Positions 9,252-17,078 of a DNA stretch of 64,000 nucleotides are shown one piece after another. Numbering within the stretch: position 1 is the stretch's first letter; each line of letters opens with the position of its first letter. The DNA is from Polyangiales bacterium (lineage in GTDB: Bacteria > Myxococcota_A > Polyangia > Polyangiales > Ga0077539): contig JBGARZ010000002.1 in the NCBI GenBank assembly GCA_044229975.1, positions 736,001 through 800,000 on the forward strand. The letters run 5' to 3'. The position numbers and the translations under genes were made by a program. A model generated the notes under the pieces. That model saw only the letters and a program-made list of their open reading frames with translations. It was not told where the DNA came from and searched no databases.

Positions 9252-9327
9252 TGGCTCCGACTGCTGGACTCGAACCAGCGACCCGGCGGTTAACAGCCGC
9301 CTGCTCTACCAACTGAGCTAAGTCGGA
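9252..9327 (-). tRNA. tRNA-Asn (GTT), CCA encoded
   Basis: Reverse complement TCCGACTTAGCTCAGTTGGTAGAGCAGGCGGCTGTTAACCGCCGGGTCGCTGGTTCGAGTCCAGCAGTCGGAGCCA folds into a cloverleaf with anticodon GTT. Confidence 0.98.
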
Positions 9328-9344
9328 ATCGCTGAAGGACCGCC

Positions 9345-9372
9345 CTTCTACACCATCGATCTGGGGTGTCAA
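9345..9372 (-). promoter_or_regulatory. Putative sigma70 promoter of tRNA-Asn
   Basis: TTGACA-16 nt-TAGAAG on the minus strand, followed by a GC-rich discriminator. Confidence 0.55.
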
Positions 9373-9499
9373 CCATTTCTTCATCGGAGCGCGCGAACGG
9401 CGCTCGCAATCCACGGTCAGTTGTGGCATCCAACGGCCCCTCGGAAATGCGTCGCCCTCAGTCAGAGGCGCGCGACGACGAACGTACGGAGAGCACTTC

Positions 9500-11428
9500 A
9501 TGAGCCACAACGGCACGAGCACCGCGCAGGGTGAGGCCGATCCCAACAGCACGATGCCGCCCGAAGAGGTGGACGACAACATCGGCAACCGCATCGGCCC
9601 GCCCCCCGTTCGTGCGGCCGTCATCGACGACGACGAGCAGCCGACCGAGGAGCCCGCCGGCGAGCCGACGGCCGAGGGTGGAGACGCCGAGGCGGCGAGC
9701 GAAGAGGCCGAGCCGGGCAACTCCCTGCACGACCCCAAGAAGAAGCGTCGTCGCAAGCGCGGCCGCGGCACCGGCGCGGGTCAGACGGCCGAAGGCGGCG
9801 CCCCGAGCGCTGCCCCGCAGCAGTCGAACCACAACAACGCCAACCACAACAACGGCCCCGCGCACCGCGCCTTCAAGATCGGCGACAAGGTTCGCGCGAG
9901 GGTGGTGTCGGTGGGCACCGGTGGCGTGCTCTGCGACCTGTGGGGCAAGGAGAAGGGCGTCCTCGATCTGAGGGAGCTCCTGGTCGACAACGCGGAGCCG
10001 AAGGCGGGCGACGCGGTCGAGGTCATCGTGCTCCAGGATGGCGCCCGCGGCGGCTTCCTCGTGGTGACGCGCGACCTCGCTCGCGCCGAGCGCGGTCGTG
10101 AGATGGCGGCCCAGGCGTTCAACGCGGGCGAGCCCGTCGAGGGTCTCGTGACGGGGCTCAACAAGGGCGGTCTCGAAGTCGACGTCAGCGGCGTGCGGGC
10201 GTTTTGCCCGAGCTCTCAGGTCGACGTGCGGCTGCCCTCGCAGGCCGAGCTCCAGAACATGGTGCTGTCGCGCGAACTCTTCCGCGTGACCTCCATGATC
10301 GAGGGCGGGCGTGAGCTGGTGGTGTCGCGTCGCGCGCTGCGCGAGGGCGAGGTGCGCGAGCGCGCCGAGCAGGCCGCGGCGAACTTCAAGGTGGGCGACC
10401 GGGTGAAGGGCGTCGTCGTGTCGGTGCGCGAGCACGGCATCTACGTCGACCTCGGTGGCATCGAGGGGCGCATCCAGCTCCAGGAGATTTCCCACGACCG
10501 CGGCGCGCGTCCGCACGACGTGGCCCGCGTGGGCGACGAGATCGAAGCCCAGGTGCTGCGCGTCGACATCCCGGCGCCGGCCCCGAAGGCCGAGGAGCCC
10601 GAGGCGAGCGCAGACGGGGCGCCCGCGACCGACGACGGTTTCCCCGCCGGGACGGAGAACCCCGCGACCGAGAGCGCGACGGCAGAGCCCGCCGCCGAGG
10701 GTGGCCGTGGTCGCGACCGCGATCAGCGCAAGCCGCGCTTCTCCCGTCGTCCCGAGGGCACGCCCCGGGTCGAGCTGTCGCGCCGCGCGGTGGAGCACGA
10801 TCCGTGGTCCGACCTGCACAAGCGCTTCCCCATCGGCAGCGCCCACAAGGGCAAGGTCGTGCGGATGCAGCCCTTCGGCGCGTTTGTCGAGCTCGAGAAG
10901 GGCGTCGACGGCCTGCTGCACGTGAGCGAGATCGGCGAGCGCCGCATCGAGCACCCCAACGAGGTGCTCAAGGACAACCAGGAGGTCACCGTCCGCGTGA
11001 CCAAGATCGACCGGCAGGCGCGCCGCATCGGCCTGAGCCTGCTGCCCGACGGCGTGACCGACGAGCAGCTCAAGCAGTCGGTGCAGCCGCGGCCCGGCAT
11101 GATCACGACCGCGAAGATCATCGAGCACGAGGCATTTGGCGTGTTCGCGCAGCTCGATAACACCGTCGGCAAGCTGGGTCGCGGGCTCATCATGCCGCAG
11201 GACAGCAACGAGCCGCGCGGCACCGACCTCAAGAAGGCGCTGCCCGTGGGCAAGGAGGTCAAGGTCAAGATCGTCGAGGTCGACCGCGGTCGCATCAAGC
11301 TGTCGATCCGCGCGGCGATCCACGACGAGGAGCGGCAGGCCTACCGGGCCTACCAGCAGCAGGCCAACACCACCACGGTGGGCGTCTCCCTCGCCGACAA
11401 GCTCCGCAAGCTGAACCTCGGCCGCTGA
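9500..11428 (+). CDS. Multi-S1-domain RNA-binding protein (RpsA-like)
   Basis: About five S1 repeats (NKGGLEVD...AFCPSSQ; FGAFVEL..GVDGLLHVSEI; RIKLSIR); long acidic N-terminal extension; GGAG RBS. Confidence 0.88.
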   Translation: MSHNGTSTAQGEADPNSTMPPEEVDDNIGNRIGPPPVRAAVIDDDEQPTEEPAGEPTAEGGDAEAASEEAEPGNSLHDPKKKRRRKRGRGTGAGQTAEGGAPSAAPQQSNHNNANHNNGPAHRAFKIGDKVRARVVSVGTGGVLCDLWGKEKGVLDLRELLVDNAEPKAGDAVEVIVLQDGARGGFLVVTRDLARAERGREMAAQAFNAGEPVEGLVTGLNKGGLEVDVSGVRAFCPSSQVDVRLPSQAELQNMVLSRELFRVTSMIEGGRELVVSRRALREGEVRERAEQAAANFKVGDRVKGVVVSVREHGIYVDLGGIEGRIQLQEISHDRGARPHDVARVGDEIEAQVLRVDIPAPAPKAEEPEASADGAPATDDGFPAGTENPATESATAEPAAEGGRGRDRDQRKPRFSRRPEGTPRVELSRRAVEHDPWSDLHKRFPIGSAHKGKVVRMQPFGAFVELEKGVDGLLHVSEIGERRIEHPNEVLKDNQEVTVRVTKIDRQARRIGLSLLPDGVTDEQLKQSVQPRPGMITTAKIIEHEAFGVFAQLDNTVGKLGRGLIMPQDSNEPRGTDLKKALPVGKEVKVKIVEVDRGRIKLSIRAAIHDEERQAYRAYQQQANTTTVGVSLADKLRKLNLGR

Positions 11429-11448
11429 GTCTCCTGCGCGCGTCGGCC

Positions 11449-12513
11449 ATGTCGCGCGCGCACACGGTCGCCCCTCTCCTCGCTCTCTCCCTCCTCACAA
11501 ACTGTCGCAGACCAGCAACGCCCCACGAGACGACGGCTCCGTCGTCGCGGGGGGACGCTGCGGTTCATGCGCTCCATGACGCTGCGGCGCCGCGAGTGGT
11601 CGCGCCCGCGGTGGTGGCTCCGTGGTGCTTCGAGCCGCTGCCCCGCGCGGATGTGCGGGCCATCGATGACGAGGGGCGCGTGTGGTCCACGCAAGGGGTC
11701 GCGCTCTCCCGCGACGATCGACCGACCGCCGTCACGTTGCCCGACGAGCTCCCCTGCCCTTCGCGCGGAACCTACGCGATGGAGTTCATCAGCGGGGGCG
11801 CGGCCTTCGCGGTGCTCGACGGGCGCTTCTACGTTCGTCCCTCGCGTGATGCTGCCTTCGTGGTCACTCCCGCGTGCACCGACCTCGCCGGGGCGCCGTG
11901 GACGCGTCGTACGGCGGGTGGTTGGGCCTTCGTCGCCAACACCTGGCGCTCGGTGGGGCCGGGGCTGCTGATGACCCGCGAGGCGAGCGGCGTGTCGGGC
12001 TGGTACGCCATCACCGCGCTCGATCGAAGCATCACGGCGGGCGTCCTTGATGGGCAGCACTCGTTGCTCTCGCTCATCAACGAGGGGCGCGTCGTGCTCG
12101 TCGATCAGGTGCAGACCGTCGCTGGCGAGGTGCTCGCCGCGGAGGGCGGAGGCTTCACCACGCTCTCGCGGTCGGCCGCGGGTGTCGTCGCCGCGCGAGA
12201 TGCTGCCGACTCACGCCGCGTGATCGTGACCGCCCCGTCCATCGGAGAGAGCTTCGAGCGCGTCGAGTCGACGCGTGATCAGAACGCTCCCACGAGGGCG
12301 GTGGTGGTGGTCGATCTCGCGCGCTTTGTCGCGGTCACCGACGACTCGATCGAGCTCAGCGTCGACCACGGGCGAACGTTTCGGACGGTGCTGCGCATGC
12401 CACCGGCAGACGGGGGTGGCGCGCGGCTGGAGCGCCCGCACGTGGGGCGGCTGCGGGATGGACGCCTCGCCGTGGCGACCCGCGATGGGCTCGCCGTCGA
12501 TCGATGCCGGTGA
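11449..12513 (+). CDS. Hypothetical lipoprotein, probable beta-propeller (Asp-box)
   Basis: Signal peptide ending LLTNC; SVDHGRTF BNR/Asp-box-like motif. Confidence 0.6.
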   Translation: MSRAHTVAPLLALSLLTNCRRPATPHETTAPSSRGDAAVHALHDAAAPRVVAPAVVAPWCFEPLPRADVRAIDDEGRVWSTQGVALSRDDRPTAVTLPDELPCPSRGTYAMEFISGGAAFAVLDGRFYVRPSRDAAFVVTPACTDLAGAPWTRRTAGGWAFVANTWRSVGPGLLMTREASGVSGWYAITALDRSITAGVLDGQHSLLSLINEGRVVLVDQVQTVAGEVLAAEGGGFTTLSRSAAGVVAARDAADSRRVIVTAPSIGESFERVESTRDQNAPTRAVVVVDLARFVAVTDDSIELSVDHGRTFRTVLRMPPADGGGARLERPHVGRLRDGRLAVATRDGLAVDRCR

Positions 12514-12552
12514 GCGCGAGCGCGAGGCTGCGCTATGGTGCGCCCCGCGCGG

Positions 12553-13779
12553 ATGAGCCCGTTGAAATGCGACGTCCTGGTGCTCGGCGGTGGACCAGCG
12601 GGCGCTGTCACGGCCGCGTTGCTCGCCCGGTCGGGGGTTGGGGTCGCGTTGCTGGAGCGGGCGAGGTTCCCACGGTTTCACCTGGGCGAGTCCCTCGCGC
12701 CGGCGGCGGCTGCCGTGCTCGACGACCTCGGGCTCGGTGACACCTTCGAGGGCCGCTACCTGAGGAAGAACGGCGTGCTGCTGCGATGCGCGCGCACGGG
12801 TCGGCAGCAGCGGTTTCGCTACGACGATGCCTACGAGCCAGGGACGGGCTTCGCCTGGCAGGTGCCCCGCGCGGACTTCGACGACGTGCTGTTGCGCAGG
12901 GCGCGGGTGCTCGGTGCGACGGTGCTGGAAGGGCACGCCGCGCAGGACCTCCTCTTCGAAGACGGCTTCGCGTGCGGCGTCGTGGCGAAGCGTGACGACG
13001 GCGCGACGGTGACCGTGCGGGCCCGGGTCATCGTCGACGCGACGGGGCAGGACGCGCTGCTCGCGGGTCGTCGTGGTGATCGGCATCCCGTTCCGGGCTT
13101 GGAGCGCACGGCCCTCTCGGCGCACTACCGCCACGTCGCGCGGCCGACGGGCGAGGCGGAGGGAGACCTGGAGCTCATCCTCTTTCCCCACGGCTGGATC
13201 TGGAACATCCCGTTTCTCGGCGAGGTGAGCTCCGTCGGCGCGCTCTGCGCCAACACCTGGATGCGCGCGCGCCAGCCCGCCGAGGCGTTGGAGAGCTTCT
13301 TCGACCGCACCGTCGACGACGCCTCCTTCGCGCGGGAGGCGCTCACCCACGCCACGCGGCTCACCCCGGTGCTCGCCCACGCGGGCCTGTCGTGGCACGC
13401 CAACCGACGCGTCGGCGACGGCTGGATCACCGTCGGCGACGCCGGGGGTTTCACCGACCCGCTGCTCTGCGCGGGCACCACGCAGGCCGTCGTCGGCGGC
13501 TCGCTCGCGGCCGCTGCGATTCGTGATGCCCTCGACCGCGGCGACGTCTCCGGAGAGCGCTTCGCCCCCTTCGCACACACCCTCGATCGCGCGACCGAGA
13601 TCTTCGTCGGCACGACGCGCTCGCTCTACGCCGACGAGCTGAGCGAGGTGCTGCTGGGCGGCGGAGCGAAGGCCGATCGTCGCGCCTTCGCGTCGGTGCT
13701 CGCGGGCGACGTCTTCGGCGATGACCCACCCTGGCGCGCCGCGTGGCGGGAGCGCTACGGCGCCCACCACCTCGGGTAG
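12553..13779 (+). CDS. FAD-dependent oxidoreductase, flavin-dependent halogenase family
   Basis: LGGGPAG, FPRFHLGESL, LRKNG, GWIWNIP (WxWxIP), VGDAGGFTDP. Confidence 0.8.
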   Translation: MSPLKCDVLVLGGGPAGAVTAALLARSGVGVALLERARFPRFHLGESLAPAAAAVLDDLGLGDTFEGRYLRKNGVLLRCARTGRQQRFRYDDAYEPGTGFAWQVPRADFDDVLLRRARVLGATVLEGHAAQDLLFEDGFACGVVAKRDDGATVTVRARVIVDATGQDALLAGRRGDRHPVPGLERTALSAHYRHVARPTGEAEGDLELILFPHGWIWNIPFLGEVSSVGALCANTWMRARQPAEALESFFDRTVDDASFAREALTHATRLTPVLAHAGLSWHANRRVGDGWITVGDAGGFTDPLLCAGTTQAVVGGSLAAAAIRDALDRGDVSGERFAPFAHTLDRATEIFVGTTRSLYADELSEVLLGGGAKADRRAFASVLAGDVFGDDPPWRAAWRERYGAHHLG

Positions 13780-14499
13780 TCAGCGCATGTCCATGGTCTC
13801 GACGCGCTCGCCTCGCAGCACCCGCGCGACCGGCCAGCGAGCGAGGGTCTCGGACGTAACCGGTGTGCAGGCGCTCGCGGCGAGGGCCCGCGCGACGTCC
13901 TCGTTGGCGGACACCACCAGGGTCACCGACGCGCGCCCGCCGTACACGAGAATCGCCTCCATCAACGACGCGTGCTCGCCGCGCCATGTGATGCGACGGA
14001 CGGGGGAGGCGTCGGCGCGCTCGGGGCAATCCCAGAAGCCCGTCGGCTCGCCATAGCGCGCGCGCAGCGCCTCGAAGTGTCCCCGCAGCGCCGCGACGTC
14101 ATCGAGCCGCGACAGCACCTGCACCTTCACCAGCACGTCGAGGCGCGGAGCGACGTGGGCGATCACCCTCGCGCCGCTGGCGAGCGTCTCTTCCCAGAGG
14201 GGAGCCTCGGCCTGGGCGCCGCGCGCCGGGTGAAGGCCCGCGCGGAGGCTGCGGAGCTCGGCGAGGGGCATCCCGAGGTACGCACCGCGGAGGTCGTCGG
14301 GCATCCAGCGGGTCGACTCGGCGGCGATGCCCTGGAGCGCCTCGCGAGCGATGCTCGTGCGCGAACGGGCCGCCGTGGTCGGTGCGGTCGATGGGCCATC
14401 ACCCGACGAGGTGCGCCACGCGAGGAGGGCGACGAGGGCGGCGACCGCAGCGGCGCCGAGAAGGAGCGAGAGCCAGGGGCGGGACACGACGCCCGGCAC
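13780..14499 (-). CDS. Hypothetical membrane-anchored protein
   Basis: N-terminal TM helix then a globular domain with 2 Cys; fills the gap downstream of the PiT gene. Confidence 0.6.
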   Translation of the reverse strand: MPGVVSRPWLSLLLGAAAVAALVALLAWRTSSGDGPSTAPTTAARSRTSIAREALQGIAAESTRWMPDDLRGAYLGMPLAELRSLRAGLHPARGAQAEAPLWEETLASGARVIAHVAPRLDVLVKVQVLSRLDDVAALRGHFEALRARYGEPTGFWDCPERADASPVRRITWRGEHASLMEAILVYGGRASVTLVVSANEDVARALAASACTPVTSETLARWPVARVLRGERVETMDMR

Positions 14500-14523
14500 C
14501 TTCGCACGCCGCGGAGGCGGGCG

Positions 14524-15939
14524 TCAGCCGAAGGCGAGGCGCATCAGCGTGAAGAGCACGCCGGCGAGCACCATGGTGACCGGGAGGGTTAGCACCCAGG
14601 CGATGGCGATGTTGCGAACGGTGCTGCGCTGGATGCCGCTGCCGTTGGCGACCATGGTCCCGGCGACGCCCGACGAGAGCACGTGGGTGGTGCTCACCGG
14701 GAGGCCGGTGGCGCTCGCGACGCCGATGGTGCTCGCGGCCACGAGCTCGGCGCAGGCGCCCTGGGCATAGGTGAGGTGCGACTTGCCGATCTTCTCGCCG
14801 ACGGTGACGACGATGCGCCGCCAGCCGACCATGGTGCCGATGCCGAGCGCGAGCGCGATGGCGAGCTTGACCCACGACGGCGCATAGTCGGTGAGGCCGC
14901 GGAGGGCCTTGCGCTGGGCGGCGAGCGCCCGGCTCTCGTCGGCGGAGAGCCCCATCCCATTGCGCTTCACCAGCGCCTCCAGGGACTTGTCGGCGACGAG
15001 GATCTCCTCGCGCACGGCGAAGCGATCGGCGCGGGGGATGTCGGCGACGGAAAGGCGGCCCGTGAGGCGCCGACGAACGCCGTCGAGCTGCGCGCGCACC
15101 ACGACGGCGTCGTGGGAGGGCCGGTCGCCGCCGCGGCTGGTGACGGTGAGCTCGATGGCGTCGACGGCGCGGAGCGTGCGCTGGAGGTCGGCCTGCGTCG
15201 CGCCCGCGTCGAGCGAGAAGCCCGCGGGGATGATGGCGATGAGGATGAGCATCACGAGCCCGACGCCCTTCTGGCCGTCGTTGGAGCCGTGCGCCAGGCT
15301 GACCCCGGAGCAGGTCGCGATGAGCAGCGCGCGGATGGCAGGCGGCGGCGGGACGTCCTTCGCGGGCGGTTCGTCCATCGCGTGCGTGTTGCGAAACACC
15401 CGGCGCGCGACGAGCAGCAACAGGCCCGCGGCGAGGAAGCCGAATAGGGGCGAGATGATGAGCGAGAGCATGGTCTCGGCGACCTTGCCGAGGTTGATGC
15501 CCTGGCCGAAGACGTGGCCTGCGCGCATGGAGTTGGCGAGGCCGACGCCGATGATCGAGCCGATGAGGGTGTGGGAGCTCGACGCGGGGATGCCGAGGTA
15601 CCAGGTGCCGAGGTTCCAGAGGATGGCGGAGAGCAGCAGCGAGAGGATGGTCGCGATGCCGATGCCCGATCCGCCGGCGACCACCAGGTCGAGCGGCAGG
15701 AGTTTGATGATGCCCATGGCGACGGAGATGCCGCCGATGAGCACGCCGCTGAAGTTGAAGAACGCCGAGAGCACCACCGCCGTCGTCGGCTTGAGCGCGT
15801 GCGTGTAGATCACCGTCGCCACGGCGTTGGCCGTGTCGTGGAAACCGTTCACGAACTCGAACCCGAGCGCGATGGCGAGGCACAGGAAGAGGAGCAGCGC
15901 GCTCCCAGTGCTCAGTCCGTGGTTGAAGAGTTCGTTCAT
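14524..15939 (-). CDS. pitA: Inorganic phosphate transporter, PiT family
   Basis: FVNGFHDTANAVAT, HGSNDGQKG and GLPVSTTH signatures. Confidence 0.93.
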   Translation of the reverse strand: MNELFNHGLSTGSALLLFLCLAIALGFEFVNGFHDTANAVATVIYTHALKPTTAVVLSAFFNFSGVLIGGISVAMGIIKLLPLDLVVAGGSGIGIATILSLLLSAILWNLGTWYLGIPASSSHTLIGSIIGVGLANSMRAGHVFGQGINLGKVAETMLSLIISPLFGFLAAGLLLLVARRVFRNTHAMDEPPAKDVPPPPAIRALLIATCSGVSLAHGSNDGQKGVGLVMLILIAIIPAGFSLDAGATQADLQRTLRAVDAIELTVTSRGGDRPSHDAVVVRAQLDGVRRRLTGRLSVADIPRADRFAVREEILVADKSLEALVKRNGMGLSADESRALAAQRKALRGLTDYAPSWVKLAIALALGIGTMVGWRRIVVTVGEKIGKSHLTYAQGACAELVAASTIGVASATGLPVSTTHVLSSGVAGTMVANGSGIQRSTVRNIAIAWVLTLPVTMVLAGVLFTLMRLAFG

Positions 15940-16074
15940 CCGAGCGACCGCCTCGTTACCTTTCCCGGCGCGCGGAGTCACCTGTGGACTCCTCGCGGCC
16001 TCGCCAATGCGGGCGGAGGATAGAGGGTTCCCGTGGCGGAACGGTGACAACGCTACTCGGGCGGGCGAGACAAT

Positions 16075-17010
16075 TCAGTTGCATCGGTGCGGATGACACC
16101 CCGCTGGGTCACCCGAGGCCCGGGCCGACATCCCAAATGCCCCCGTCACGTCGCACGCCCAGAACGCGGGTTCGGCCAGCGCACCCGGCGCCACCGCGCG
16201 ATGGATGCCACAGGCGCACGTGCCGTCCCGCCGTGCGTAGCAGAGCTCGATGTCCGCGGGGACGTCGCAGTTGTTGCGCACCCTCACCTCCACGCTGTCG
16301 ACGTCGGCGCAGTGGGTTCCTCGCACGCCCGACACCGCCGCGACGCAGCCATCGAGGCTGACGCACGCCGATCGCAACGTCGTCCCGCACTCCGCCCGAC
16401 TGGCCGCGCACGCGGGCACTCCGCCCGTCGTCATCGCGCAGCACGTCCGCCCGCAGTCGTCGTCTCCCGAGCAGTTGACGAGACACGTCGGCGCCCCCTC
16501 CGACCAAACGCAGCTCCGCCCGTCGCCGCACGGCGGAGAGCAACCGCGACCCGCGGGAGACCCTGGAAGACAGCGGTACAGCTCCGACGGGGCACACACC
16601 CGACGCAGACCGTCCGCACCGTCCGAGAGCTCGACGCAGCAACCCGACTCGCAGTCGACGTTGGCCTCGCACGAGACGGCGCAGCCCACGCCGTCGCGCC
16701 CCCAGTCGACGCACGCGTCGTCGAGGGTGCACGACCCGCTCCCGCAGCGGAGGCGCCCGCCCACACCCACCAGCCAGCGCGCGTCGACGCACGCACCGTC
16801 GGTCGCGCCCGCCGGGCCAGCGCAGATGGTGAGCCCGCCGTCGCCCGTGGGGCACCTCGTCGCGGCCGTGCACTGCGCCCCGCAACGGCAGTCACCCTCG
16901 GCGCGACACGCGAGCACCTCGCCGCTCGGACACGGGGCGGACGCCGGATCGCCACCGCCGCACCCGACGATCAGCAGCGCAAGCCATCGCATCGACCGCA
17001 TCGCCTTCAT
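16075..17010 (-). CDS. Cysteine-rich lipoprotein
   Basis: Lipobox IVGC; repeated small disulfide modules (CxxxxDCxxxCC twice). Confidence 0.72.
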   Translation of the reverse strand: MKAMRSMRWLALLIVGCGGGDPASAPCPSGEVLACRAEGDCRCGAQCTAATRCPTGDGGLTICAGPAGATDGACVDARWLVGVGGRLRCGSGSCTLDDACVDWGRDGVGCAVSCEANVDCESGCCVELSDGADGLRRVCAPSELYRCLPGSPAGRGCSPPCGDGRSCVWSEGAPTCLVNCSGDDDCGRTCCAMTTGGVPACAASRAECGTTLRSACVSLDGCVAAVSGVRGTHCADVDSVEVRVRNNCDVPADIELCYARRDGTCACGIHRAVAPGALAEPAFWACDVTGAFGMSARASGDPAGCHPHRCN

Positions 17011-17078
17011 GCGCGCCCATGGAATGGCACATCGCCATCGCGTGTCGAGCCCGACGGACGACTGATAGAGTCCGCGGT

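Larger units (their letters stand above)
4343..9264. mobile_element. Small tRNA-Asn-anchored genomic islet (no integrase visible)
   Basis: tggctccgagtgc (4343-4355) matches tggctccgactgc (9252-9264, the tRNA 3' end) at 12/13. Cargo is accessory and includes a pseudogene. Confidence 0.6.

Noticed and set aside
8838..9293. ORF ending KWLRLLDSNQRPGG
   Set aside because: Its 3' end is the antisense reading of tRNA-Asn; the rest looks like degraded DNA with no recognisable family.
9827..9856. 15-bp duplication encoding NHNNA-NHNNG
   Set aside because: Ordinary low-complexity duplication inside a disordered region.
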